Part shown: positions 21,330-32,238 of the stretch, piece by piece
Layout: every line of letters starts with the position of its first letter
How positions within the stretch are numbered: position 1 is the first letter of the stretch
The notes under the pieces: model-generated
Seen by the model: the letters and a program-made list of their open reading frames with translations, nothing else
Databases searched by the model: none
Told to the model about the DNA's origin: nothing
Position numbers and translations under genes: made by a program
Origin: an uncultured Kofleriaceae bacterium
Lineage (GTDB): Bacteria > Myxococcota_A > Polyangia > GCA-2747355 > CAZCFB01
Length of the DNA: 64,000 bases
Assembly: GCA_964497805.1 (NCBI GenBank)
Contig: CAZCFB010000012.1
Span: 3,301 to 67,300 of the forward strand
Direction: 5' to 3'

Positions 21330-22402
21330 GCGGCCGCATGCAACGCATCCTGAAGTGGGTGGGATATCCGCTGTTCGCGCTGTTCGCCTTCGTGGTGGCC
21401 TTCTACCTGATGTTCCCCTACGACAAGGTGAAGACCCGGGTTGAGGACTTCCTCTCCGCGTCCGGGGAGATGCAGGTGAGCATCGGCTCCCTGGGGCCGA
21501 GCCCCCTGACCGGGGTGAAGGCGGAGGATCTGGTGGTGCGCATCATGGACGCGGCGGCTCCAGGAGGCGTCAACCCGGGGGCCACCATGGCTGGCGCGGA
21601 GGGGGAGGGCGACCCCGGAAAGAAGAAGGCCAACAGGCCGCGCTTCTCCAGGGTGGTGCTGGACGAGGTGCGCGTCGGGGTGGGGCTGTTCGCCCTGCTC
21701 GGCGGCGGCATCGACATCGACTTCGATGTGGAGGGGCTGGGCGGCACGGTGGAAGGAGAGTTCGCCAGGACCAAGAAGAAGGACATGAAGATCAAGGTCG
21801 AGGCCGAGGGCGTCAAGCTGGGGCGGGCCAAGATCCTGTCCAAGAAGCTGGGGCTCCCCCTGGTGGGCGGGCTCTCGGCCGAGGTGGACATGAAGGTGCC
21901 GGCGGGCAAGATGAACGAGGCGAGCGGCGCCATCAAGATCAGCTGCAAGGGGTGCGCGGTGGGGGACGGCAAGAGCAAGCTCAAGGTGAAGGGGCACCCC
22001 TTCCTGGCCGCGGGGATCACCCTGCCCAAGCTGCGCATGGGGCGCATGGCCGGGGAGATCAAGGTGGCCAAGGGGTTGGCCAAGATCCAGTCTTTCGCTG
22101 CCAAGTCGCCCGACCTGGAGTTGAAACTAGAGGGGAGCGTGCAGCTGCGGAAGCCGGTGGCTTTCTCGACGCTCAACGGCTACCTGCGCTTCAAGGTGAG
22201 CGCCGCCCTCAAGGAGAAGAACCCCGCGTTCGGCCTGCTCGACAGCGCGCTGGGATCCGCCCGGCGGCCCGATGGCTTCTTCGGCATGAAGGTTTACGGC
22301 AGCCTGAAGAACCCCAAGTTCCTGCCCTCCCGGGTCGGTCCGCCCAAGCGGGCGGCGGCGGGTGGCGGCGGGGTGGGCGAGAAATTGGCGCTGGCGCGCT
22401 GA
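21326..22402 (+). CDS. gspN: GspN-like protein
   Basis: N-terminal transmembrane segment WVGYPLFALFAFVVAFYLMFPYD. 4-bp overlap with gspM. The last gene of the operon. Assigned from position and architecture. Confidence 0.5.
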   Translation: MSGRMQRILKWVGYPLFALFAFVVAFYLMFPYDKVKTRVEDFLSASGEMQVSIGSLGPSPLTGVKAEDLVVRIMDAAAPGGVNPGATMAGAEGEGDPGKKKANRPRFSRVVLDEVRVGVGLFALLGGGIDIDFDVEGLGGTVEGEFARTKKKDMKIKVEAEGVKLGRAKILSKKLGLPLVGGLSAEVDMKVPAGKMNEASGAIKISCKGCAVGDGKSKLKVKGHPFLAAGITLPKLRMGRMAGEIKVAKGLAKIQSFAAKSPDLELKLEGSVQLRKPVAFSTLNGYLRFKVSAALKEKNPAFGLLDSALGSARRPDGFFGMKVYGSLKNPKFLPSRVGPPKRAAAGGGGVGEKLALAR

Positions 22403-22452
22403 CCCCTGTACAACCGAATACGTACCGGTAGTGCTACGAACTGGAGGTGTCC

Positions 22453-23082
22453 ATGAGGGGCCACTCGTTGATCATCGCTGTATTCATGTTGGCTCTGGCG
22501 CTGCCGTCGGGCGCTGAGGGTAAGGGCAAGAAGAAGGGGAAGGCGAAGCTGTCCAGGGCCTACACCACCGCGGGGGTGGCGAAGGCCTATGACAAGCTGG
22601 CGGAACAGGTGCGCCTGTCGGCCGAGAAGCGCAAGGAGCTCAAGGACCTGGTCGAGGTGACCATGGCCCGCAAGTGGTTCAAGGCGGCGGCAAAGAAGAA
22701 GCCGGTGCGCGGGGTGTTTGTCTACTCATCTGGCGAGGGCGGCTTCATCGTCAAGTACATGAACGGCGACGGGTACGCCGCGTTCAAGGGCAGCAAGGAG
22801 GGCGGCAAGGTTCACCTCAAGGCCTGGAGCGCCGGGGCGCAGGTAGGCGGCAGCGCGTCGTGGGGCGTGGGCCTGGTCATGGGGCTGAAGAAGGTCTCGG
22901 ACTTCGGAGGCGACTACAAAGGTGGCATCAAGGGCGCCACGGCCGGCGACTCGGCCACCCGCGGGGCGGTCATGCTGAGCAAGTCGGGAAAGCGTGGCCA
23001 TGACCTGGCCCTGATCACCGTGGGCCGAGGCATGAGCGCCGGGGTGGGCGGGGCGTCACTGACCATCACGCCGGACTGGTAG
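22453..23082 (+). CDS. secreted Gly/Lys-rich hypothetical protein
   Basis: Signal peptide MRGHSLIIAVFMLALALPSGAEG. GGAGG at 22443-22447. Possibly SYLF-like (WSAGAQVGGSASWGVGLVMG), but I cannot confirm this. Confidence 0.5.
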   Translation: MRGHSLIIAVFMLALALPSGAEGKGKKKGKAKLSRAYTTAGVAKAYDKLAEQVRLSAEKRKELKDLVEVTMARKWFKAAAKKKPVRGVFVYSSGEGGFIVKYMNGDGYAAFKGSKEGGKVHLKAWSAGAQVGGSASWGVGLVMGLKKVSDFGGDYKGGIKGATAGDSATRGAVMLSKSGKRGHDLALITVGRGMSAGVGGASLTITPDW

Positions 23083-23105
23083 GGATTGTGAGAGGAGAGC
23101 GGATA

Positions 23106-24080
23106 ATGACTTCTTGGGCGAGGCTTCTGAGCCTGACAACGGTGGCGGTAGTTTGCCTGGGCGGGTGCGCCCACAGCAAGAAGATCGACGCGCTTGAGAA
23201 GCGCGTGGCTTTGCTTGAGGACCGGCTGCTCAACAAGGAGCTGGGGCAGGATGCGCCGGCGGTCAAGGCCTCCCCCGTCCCCCCCATGGAGACGCAGCAG
23301 GACCAGGTCGTCATGGATTCCCTGGCCAGCACAGACACCAAGGCTCCGCCGCCTCAGGTCAAGAAGATGACCCCGGCGCCGCAGTCGTTGGCGGTGCGGG
23401 ACTCAGTGGTGCGGGCCAAGGAGTACTACGTGGACGGCGACTACAAGCGCGCCTATTCCAGGGCGCGGCAGGCCCTGCGCATGGATCCGTACAACAAGAT
23501 CGCGCTCCAGATCTACGGCGCGTCGGCCTGTCACCGGAACCTCAAGCGCAAGGCGCGTGAGGCGCTGGCCAAAATGGACCAGAGCCAGCGCAGGTATCTG
23601 CGCACCCTGTGCCGCCGGCTTGGGGTCCGCCTGGGCAAGGTGGGGCCGCCGCCGGATCCCATGCAGATTCAGGCGCCGCGGGCTCAGCCGCAGCGCCGGG
23701 CCCTGGCGCCCGCGCCGGTGTTGAGCCCGGCGGTGGGGGGCGGAGACGCCATGATTATCCAGCGCCCTGCGCGGGCGCCGGCCGCGCTGCCACCGTACAA
23801 GGACAGCGCGTCCACCCTGTCGCGCATCCAGATCAAGGCGGGCATGTCCTCGGCCCGTGATCGGATCTCCCGCTGTTACCAGCTCCACGGCGTACCGGGG
23901 CTCGCCCTGATCCGGGCCACCATCGCCCCCGACGGGACCGTGAAGAGCTCCGCGGCAGTGGGCGGTGTCCTGGCCAGCACCCCCACGGGCGACTGCATCG
24001 CCAAGGCGGTGAAGGCCGCCTCGTTCCCGACGTTTACGGGAGCGGCGGTGACGGTTACGCACCCGTTTATTTTGCGGTAG
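23106..24080 (+). CDS. lipoprotein with TPR-like segment, Pro-rich linker and AgmX/PglI (TonB-C-like) C-terminal domain
   Basis: Lipobox VVCLGGC. C-terminal ISRCYQLHGVPGLALIRATIAPDGTVKSS...CIAKAVKAASFPTFTGAAVTVTHPFIL matches the myxobacterial AgmX/PglI C-terminal pattern. Confidence 0.55.
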   Translation: MTSWARLLSLTTVAVVCLGGCAHSKKIDALEKRVALLEDRLLNKELGQDAPAVKASPVPPMETQQDQVVMDSLASTDTKAPPPQVKKMTPAPQSLAVRDSVVRAKEYYVDGDYKRAYSRARQALRMDPYNKIALQIYGASACHRNLKRKAREALAKMDQSQRRYLRTLCRRLGVRLGKVGPPPDPMQIQAPRAQPQRRALAPAPVLSPAVGGGDAMIIQRPARAPAALPPYKDSASTLSRIQIKAGMSSARDRISRCYQLHGVPGLALIRATIAPDGTVKSSAAVGGVLASTPTGDCIAKAVKAASFPTFTGAAVTVTHPFILR

Positions 24081-24102
24081 GGACCAGGGACCAGGGGCAG
24101 GG

Positions 24103-24121
24103 GAAGAGGCTACGCCTCTTC
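24103..24121. terminator. bidirectional hairpin between convergent genes
   Basis: GAAGAGGC-tac-GCCTCTTC, a perfect 8-bp stem spanning the stop codon of the minus-strand cyclase gene. Confidence 0.4.
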
Positions 24122-25759
24122 GGGCATCTCCATACCTTCCTCGAAGGCCACCGCGCGGTTTCGTCCGTCAGCCTTGGCGTGGTAGAGGGCGAGATCCGCG
24201 GCCTTGATCATCTCCTCGCGGCTGGAGACGCCATCGATGGCCTGGCAGGCGCCCAGGCTGATGGTCACGGATAAGAGCTCACCATCGCCGGTGGGCACGC
24301 GCAGGCCCTCGATCTTGGCGCGCAGGCGCTCGGCCGCCACCATGGCGCCCTCCAGGTCGGTCTCGGGCAGGAGCACGGCGAACTCCTCACCGCCGTAGCG
24401 GGCCACCACATCGATCTCGCGACACTGCTCCTGCATCGCGGCGGCCACCTCCTTCAGCACGACGTCGCCGGTGTCGTGGCCGTGAGTGTCGTTGAACTTC
24501 TTGAAGTGGTCGATGTCCAGCAGCAGCAGGGAGATCTCGGTGCCGTAGCGGCCCCGCCGGCGGGTCTCCTCGTCCAGGCGGCGGTAGAAGTACCGGCGCA
24601 CGAACAAGCTGGTGAGCTCGTCGGTGATGGCCAGCTGGTACAGGTCGGCTTTCTCGATGGTCATGGCCGCCTGCCCGGCGATGGCGGTGAGGATCTCCAC
24701 GTCTTCCTCGCAGAACTGGCTCTCCTTCTTGTTGGTGATGTTGAGCACGCCGATGGGCTGGTCGTTGACCGCCAGGGGGAGGCAGGCGATGGAGGCCACG
24801 CGGGTGTCTCCGGAGGGTGTGAACTTCTCGTCGCTGGATGGATCGTGGGAGAGGTAGCCCTCGCCGCTCTTGAACACGGATCCCGCGATGCCCTCGCCGG
24901 GGCGGAAGGTCTTGCAGGCCTGCTGGCCGCTGTTGATGCGCTCCTCGGCCAGGGGGTCGGGCAGGCCGCGAACCACCTGCATGCGGAGCAGGTCCTCGTC
25001 GGGGACGTAGAGCATGATCGAGCCGCGCTCGGCCCCCACGCGGCCAATGGCGTGCTCCAGGATCTCCAGCAAGAGCTGCTTCATGTTGTCGATCTGGCTG
25101 ATGGCGCGGCTGATGTCGTAGAGCACCGAGAGATCGCGGATGGTGCGGTCCAGGCGCGCCTGCTCCGAGCGTAGACGCTGATAAAGGTGGATGGAGGCCG
25201 CCGCCACGGCTGCCTGCTCGCCCAGGGTGTGCAGGAACTCCAGCTCCCGCTGGCTGTAGGCAGCGCTGCCGGGCAGGGGGCCCAGGGCGAGCAACCCCTT
25301 GGGTTGGTCGTCCATCACCAGCGGGGTCCAGATGACCGCGCCCATGCGGTCCAGCCCGGTCTCCTCGAACAGGTCCGGGAAGCGGTAAGCGCCGTCCATG
25401 TCCACCACTGAGAAGGGCTCGCCCCGGCGCAGTAGCTGCCAGAGGATGCCTGGCCCGAGGTCGAAGGAGAAGGGCGTCTCATCGCCACTGACCAGGAGCT
25501 GGGTAAAGCCGCCGCCTTCTTCGTCGTACATGAAGATGCACACCGTGACATCGCCCATCTTGTCCCGGATCATGGCCCGGAGCACCGATGAGAGGGTCTC
25601 CATGTCCCGACAGTGGTGCAGGGCGCGGGAGGCTCGTAGCAGGCTGTGGTAGTCGAAGAGCCTGCCGTCCATCTGCCGCTGGTCCTGCAGCAGGCGGTCC
25701 CGTTCCTTCTCGGCCTTGGTGGGGAACTGCTCTTCGCTCAGGTTGGGCTGAGGTGCCAT
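24110..25759 (-). CDS. GAF-GAF-GGDEF diguanylate cyclase
   Basis: Active-site RYGGEEFAVLL with the upstream I-site REID at PleD-like spacing. Two GAF-like regions precede it. Confidence 0.85.
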   Translation of the reverse strand: MAPQPNLSEEQFPTKAEKERDRLLQDQRQMDGRLFDYHSLLRASRALHHCRDMETLSSVLRAMIRDKMGDVTVCIFMYDEEGGGFTQLLVSGDETPFSFDLGPGILWQLLRRGEPFSVVDMDGAYRFPDLFEETGLDRMGAVIWTPLVMDDQPKGLLALGPLPGSAAYSQRELEFLHTLGEQAAVAAASIHLYQRLRSEQARLDRTIRDLSVLYDISRAISQIDNMKQLLLEILEHAIGRVGAERGSIMLYVPDEDLLRMQVVRGLPDPLAEERINSGQQACKTFRPGEGIAGSVFKSGEGYLSHDPSSDEKFTPSGDTRVASIACLPLAVNDQPIGVLNITNKKESQFCEEDVEILTAIAGQAAMTIEKADLYQLAITDELTSLFVRRYFYRRLDEETRRRGRYGTEISLLLLDIDHFKKFNDTHGHDTGDVVLKEVAAAMQEQCREIDVVARYGGEEFAVLLPETDLEGAMVAAERLRAKIEGLRVPTGDGELLSVTISLGACQAIDGVSSREEMIKAADLALYHAKADGRNRAVAFEEGMEMPEEA

Positions 25760-25845
25760 ATCATCCCTCCGTTAAGGGATAATGTTAGCAAAACAGAAAA
25801 AATATGCAAATCGTTCTTTTATTGCAATTGGTGCTAGGTGCGGAA

Positions 25846-27876
<2,031 letters not shown>

Positions 27877-27950
27877 GGTTGCCTCCGTAGCGTGGCAGAG
27901 CATAACCTACGCACCGGACCGCATATAGTCCATCCATACAGGAGATACAG

Positions 27951-28580
27951 ATGCGACCCATGAAGCTAATGCCCCTGTTGGGCCTCATGGCCCTGACCCT
28001 CGCCGGTTGCCCCAAGGATGAGGTGATCAGCGCCCCCTTCACCGAGGACTTCGAGCGCGCGGAGCTGGGGAGCCGCTACTACAACACCGGCGGCCCGTAC
28101 CGCATCGTCTCCGGCAAGCTCAAGGTTCAAGGCGCGTACAACCACCCGCTCTGGCTCAAAAAGCGCCTGCCCAGGAACGCGGAGATCACCTTCGAGGTCA
28201 CCTCAAACAGCGCCTCCGGTGACATCAAGGTGGAGGCCTGGGGCGATGGCAAGACCCACGCCACCACCAAGGGCGCCTACATGGCCTCCAGCTACGTGTT
28301 CATCTTCGGCGGCTGGGGTAACTCCACCAGCGCCCTGTGCCGCATGGACGAGCACGCCGACGACCGCAAAACGCGGTCCGACGTGAAGGTGGTCAAGGGG
28401 CAGACCTACAAGTTCCGCATCCGCCGGGAGGGCCAGTTCGTGCAGTGGTTCGTGGACGGCAACGCCTTCCTGGAGATGAAGGATCCCTCGCCCCTGGAGG
28501 GGGAGGAGCACAGCTACTTCGGCTTCAACAACTGGGAGTCGGACCTGACCTTCGACAACCTCGTCATCAAGCCGTTGTAA
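27951..28580 (+). CDS. lipoprotein, LamG/DUF1080-like jelly-roll (tentative)
   Basis: Lipobox LTLAGC. FGGWGN...YKFRIRREGQFVQWFVDGNAFLE...FGFNNWESDLTFDNLVIKPL resembles concanavalin-like DUF1080 proteins. Confidence 0.5.
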   Translation: MRPMKLMPLLGLMALTLAGCPKDEVISAPFTEDFERAELGSRYYNTGGPYRIVSGKLKVQGAYNHPLWLKKRLPRNAEITFEVTSNSASGDIKVEAWGDGKTHATTKGAYMASSYVFIFGGWGNSTSALCRMDEHADDRKTRSDVKVVKGQTYKFRIRREGQFVQWFVDGNAFLEMKDPSPLEGEEHSYFGFNNWESDLTFDNLVIKPL

Positions 28581-28593
28581 AAAGCAGCCGCCC

Positions 28594-29031
28594 TTACATC
28601 TCCTCTTCCACCTCTTCCACCACCTGCTTGCCCTGGTCGTCCAGGTTGATGCCTGCCTGCTGGCACTCCGCGCGCAGGCGGTCGCGGTCGGCCGGCTTGA
28701 GCTGGAGCCAGAGGGAGGGGAGGGGGCGCGCGTCCTTGCGCTTGCATGAGGCGAAGCCCATGAGCCGGGTGGCCGTGTAGTACTCCTCGGGGCTGGCCAG
28801 GCCGCGCCGCACCCGGCCGGCGTTGACAACGACATCTCCCCAGCGGCCCTCCATGAAGGCGGTTTCTGCCTGGCGCAGCGTGTCGGAGACCGCGGCCTCG
28901 GTGCGCAGGTCCTTCTCGCCCTGGGCGGTGATTGTGGCCACGGCCTCTTCCTGAGGCGGGGGCTGCTCGGCGGCCGGACCGCTGCAGGCGGAGGTGACAA
29001 GGAGGCTGACGATGAGCAGTGGTATTCGCAT
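28594..29031 (-). CDS. hypothetical lipoprotein
   Basis: Signal and lipobox MRIPLLIVSLLVTSAC. 145 aa. No recognisable domain. Confidence 0.5.
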   Translation of the reverse strand: MRIPLLIVSLLVTSACSGPAAEQPPPQEEAVATITAQGEKDLRTEAAVSDTLRQAETAFMEGRWGDVVVNAGRVRRGLASPEEYYTATRLMGFASCKRKDARPLPSLWLQLKPADRDRLRAECQQAGINLDDQGKQVVEEVEEEM

Positions 29032-29086
29032 GGTTATCTGTTTGTTGTCTCGAGGTGAAGGTGGCGTTCAATATACACTCACCGCA

Positions 29087-29848
29087 ATGAGCGAAGTCCA
29101 GCTTCATACAGCCCTTCTTTACGCCTGGTTCGGCCTGTCGGCCGTGGTCCTGGTGGCGCTGCTCTTCATCTCGGCGCCGTACGGCCGCCACAGCCGCGGT
29201 GGGTGGGGGCCCACCGTTCCCAGCGCTCTCGGTTGGGTGCTGATGGAGGCGCCAGCCGCCCTGGTGATCTTATTGTTCTATCTCATCGCCCCGCGTCCGC
29301 CCGGCATGGCGGCCTGGGTCTTCCTGCTGTTCTGGGAGGCGCACTACCTGCACCGGGCGTTTGTCTACCCCTTCCGGCTCAGGCTCAAGGGCAAGACCAT
29401 GCCGCTCTCCGTGGTGCTCATGGCGATCTTCTTCAACGCCGTGAACGGATACCTGAACGGGCGCTGGCTCACGGCCCTTGGCCCGGAGGTCCCTGCCTCA
29501 TGGCTCATGGATCCACGCTTCCTGGCCGGCGCGGCGCTCTTCATGCTTGGGCTCGGCGTGAACCTTTACGCCGATCAGGTCCTGATCAACCTCCGCGCCC
29601 CCGGCGAAACCGGCTACAAGATCCCCCGCGGCGGCCCGTACCGGCTGGTTTCGTGCCCCAACTACCTGGGGGAGATGGTGGAGTGGGGCGGCTGGGCCCT
29701 GCTCACCTGGTCCATGCCCGGCCTCGCCTTCGCCGCCTGGACCGCGGCCAACCTCCTGCCCCGCGCCATGACCCACCACCGCTGGTACCAGGATAAGTTC
29801 CCCGACTACCCCAGGGAGCGGCGGGCCGTGATTCCTTTTCTATTGTAA
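29087..29848 (+). CDS. 3-oxo-5-alpha-steroid 4-dehydrogenase (SRD5A/polyprenol reductase) family membrane protein
   Basis: C-terminal family signature YKIPRGGPYRLVSCPNYLGEMVEWGGWAL...HHRWYQDKFPDYPRERRAVIPFLL. Start moved to ATG 29087 so the gene no longer overlaps the minus-strand gene. Confidence 0.75.
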   Translation: MSEVQLHTALLYAWFGLSAVVLVALLFISAPYGRHSRGGWGPTVPSALGWVLMEAPAALVILLFYLIAPRPPGMAAWVFLLFWEAHYLHRAFVYPFRLRLKGKTMPLSVVLMAIFFNAVNGYLNGRWLTALGPEVPASWLMDPRFLAGAALFMLGLGVNLYADQVLINLRAPGETGYKIPRGGPYRLVSCPNYLGEMVEWGGWALLTWSMPGLAFAAWTAANLLPRAMTHHRWYQDKFPDYPRERRAVIPFLL

Positions 29849-29959
29849 TGGGGCAAACCATTTATCTGGGCGCCATGGGTATCGTTGACCTGCGCGGCCA
29901 CGCCATCACCATCGTGTTGTATGCACCCTGAAGAGATCGAACATCAGGAGGTGAACGTC

Positions 29960-30388
29960 ATGGTCAGGTCCACGCTCTTTGTCGCATTGCTCGTCTCCCT
30001 GTTCGCCCTCGGCGCATGCAAGGGGAAGGAGAACCCGCACACCGTCAACCCGCCGCCGGCGCCCACCATGCCCGCCCACTGGAACGTCACCTCGGACGTG
30101 GCCATCCCGACGGCGGCCATCAAGCCGATCTCTCAGAAGCTCGGGGGCGAGATCATCGCCCTGCGCAATACGCGCTACGAGGTGGCCGGCAAGACGATCC
30201 AGCTCAACACTATCCGGGCGGCAGACGACCAGGCCGCGGACGCGGTGATGGCCGCGCTCAAGAAGATGAAGTCCGAGATCGCCTTTGTGCGCACGAACCA
30301 GATCATCTATGAGTTCGTGTGTGCCAATGACGCCTTGCCCGAGCTGGACGCGGCCAGGGCGATCCTGACCCGCGCGGGGGGCCACTGA
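29960..30388 (+). CDS. hypothetical lipoprotein
   Basis: MVRSTLFVALLVSLFALGAC lipobox. AGGAGG at 29946-29951. Confidence 0.5.
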   Translation: MVRSTLFVALLVSLFALGACKGKENPHTVNPPPAPTMPAHWNVTSDVAIPTAAIKPISQKLGGEIIALRNTRYEVAGKTIQLNTIRAADDQAADAVMAALKKMKSEIAFVRTNQIIYEFVCANDALPELDAARAILTRAGGH

Positions 30389-30813
30389 TGGCCGGGGAGA
30401 ACAGGCGCTGCCTCTGGTGCCACGGGGCGGAGGGGGAGCTAACGGAGCTCAACCTGAAAGGGGACGCCTGGCAGGAGGAGCCGTCCCTGATCCACCCTGG
30501 GCACGAGGAACGGCTGCGCGCCTTCATGGACGAGGCCCAGCGCAGGTCCCGGCTCTTCATCATCCTGATCGTGGCGCTGGTGTTCCTGATGATGAACTCC
30601 ACCCTGGTGGCCATCGCAGTGGCTCAGTGGATCGGCACGATGATCATGGGCGCCTCGCTGCTCGGGATGGCGGCCACCATCATGGTCATGCCCTTCGCCA
30701 CGCCTCAGACCGCCCGCGCGCTGGGGATTCGCCGCTCCATCACCGTGGCCCGGGCGTGCGGTGTGGGGATCGGGGTGTTCGGCCTGATCCTGGTGGTGAT
30801 CTCCCTCTGCTAG
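30388..30813 (+). CDS. hypothetical membrane protein
   Basis: TGATG overlap with the upstream gene. N-terminal CLWCHG, followed by three or four hydrophobic helices. Confidence 0.5.
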   Translation: MAGENRRCLWCHGAEGELTELNLKGDAWQEEPSLIHPGHEERLRAFMDEAQRRSRLFIILIVALVFLMMNSTLVAIAVAQWIGTMIMGASLLGMAATIMVMPFATPQTARALGIRRSITVARACGVGIGVFGLILVVISLC

Positions 30814-32228
30814 GGCTTGCCCTGCCAGGTGCTCGTGAACAGCCCCCCAGGCTTGACGGATAGCCCAAGGTAGGCCTCTCCGGCGCCGGAGAAGGCCACG
30901 GCGTTCATGCCGGCCGTGAGCAGCTTGGAGGTGAGCTTGGACCAGGTCTTGCCGTCGTCGTGAGAGGCGTGGGTTGAGCTGCCGGTTATCAGGATCCGCG
31001 GCTGGCCGCTGGATGGCTTCTCGTAGGCCAGGTCGTGGAACGCGTCCGAGAGCGTGCCGAGCTTGAAGTGCTGCCACAGCTTCAGCCCGGCGTTGTAGTC
31101 GTGGTAGTAGCCGAGGGCGTCCACGGCGAGCGCCCTGCCCGAGGAGAGCAGTATCACCTCCTCCGGCTTGAGCATGGCTGAGGCGGAGAAGACCGATGAG
31201 GTGTCGGTCCAGGTCTTGCCCTGGTCGCTTGAGCGGTAGGTGAAGTGCTTGAAGTTCTTGAGCGTCGTCGTGCGCCACCCCACCACCACCGCCTCATCCT
31301 TGCCGCCCACCTTGGTCAGGGCGGCTCCCCTGAAGGGGATGGGAAAAGAGGCCCAGTTCTTCAGGGTGTTCTTGAACGCCCCGGAGAGGGTCTGGGCAGC
31401 GCAGAGCCAGCCCATGCCGGCGGCGATGGTGACCGTGCCGAGCTGCGCCACGGCGCCGTCGCCATCCTTCTTCCAGCAGATGGTGCGGTAAGACCACTTC
31501 TTGCCGCCGTCGATTGTTGTGTAGACCTTGCCGCCCCTCTCCGTGGCCGCGCCGTAGAGGCCGTCCATGGAGATGCTCGTCACATGTCCGCCGGTGTGCA
31601 CCGAGCTCCAGGATTTCCCCCCGTCGTCAGACCGCTGGATGCTGCCTGTCTGGCTCCCGTCGCCGCCGCCCACCAGCAGCACCTTGCCGCTGGCGTGGAT
31701 GGTGGAGACCAGGATTCCAGCGGGGAAGGTGCTCACCTTGCTCCAGGTGACATAGCCGGATGGCAGCGGCGCGTCAGGGGTGGGCGCGTCGGGGATGATC
31801 GCGTCGGGTGGCTGCTGGTCCAGGGCCGAGACATCGGGCGTTGCCTGATCCGGGGTGGAGGCCTCGGGCTTGGGGCCCGCGTCGGGTGGGCCCATGTCGG
31901 GTGAAACGGACTGAACACACACACCGGATATGCAGGAGCGGCTGCGGCACTCTTCTCCCCACCGGCACGCCTCCCCCTTGGAGCTGTTGCCGGGCACGCA
32001 GATGGAGCCGTTGCAGGTGTAGCTCTTGCAATCGCCCGTTCCGCTGCACGGCTGTCCGTTGTCGACGGGGTTGGCGCTGGCGCAAATGGAGCGGTGGCAG
32101 ACTCGATCAGCGCAGTCGGTGTTGGCCACGCAGAGTTCGTTCACCTGGCCCTTCTTGCTCTCCTCGCCACAACCTGGCGAGGAGAGCGCCATCATGCAGA
32201 CCAGCACGATTCGGCGGGTGGAGTTCAT
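30810..32228 (-). CDS. secreted lipoprotein: three Cys-rich modules plus BNR/Asp-box beta-propeller
   Basis: Lipobox SSPGC. Three C-x5-C-x4-C-x4-C modules (CVANTDCADRVCHRSIC, CSGTGDCKSYTCNGSIC, CRWGEECRSRSCISGVC). Four Asp-boxes (SDDGGKSW, TIDGGKKW, SSDQGKTW, SHDDGKTW). Confidence 0.65.
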   Translation of the reverse strand: MNSTRRIVLVCMMALSSPGCGEESKKGQVNELCVANTDCADRVCHRSICASANPVDNGQPCSGTGDCKSYTCNGSICVPGNSSKGEACRWGEECRSRSCISGVCVQSVSPDMGPPDAGPKPEASTPDQATPDVSALDQQPPDAIIPDAPTPDAPLPSGYVTWSKVSTFPAGILVSTIHASGKVLLVGGGDGSQTGSIQRSDDGGKSWSSVHTGGHVTSISMDGLYGAATERGGKVYTTIDGGKKWSYRTICWKKDGDGAVAQLGTVTIAAGMGWLCAAQTLSGAFKNTLKNWASFPIPFRGAALTKVGGKDEAVVVGWRTTTLKNFKHFTYRSSDQGKTWTDTSSVFSASAMLKPEEVILLSSGRALAVDALGYYHDYNAGLKLWQHFKLGTLSDAFHDLAYEKPSSGQPRILITGSSTHASHDDGKTWSKLTSKLLTAGMNAVAFSGAGEAYLGLSVKPGGLFTSTWQGKP

Positions 32229-32238
32229 GGATCGGATT

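Noticed and set aside
25779-25789. 11-mer ATAATGTTAGC shared with 38043-38053
   Set aside because: A single 11-mer coincidence is expected by chance many times over in 64 kb. The two copies have no consistent position relative to genes.
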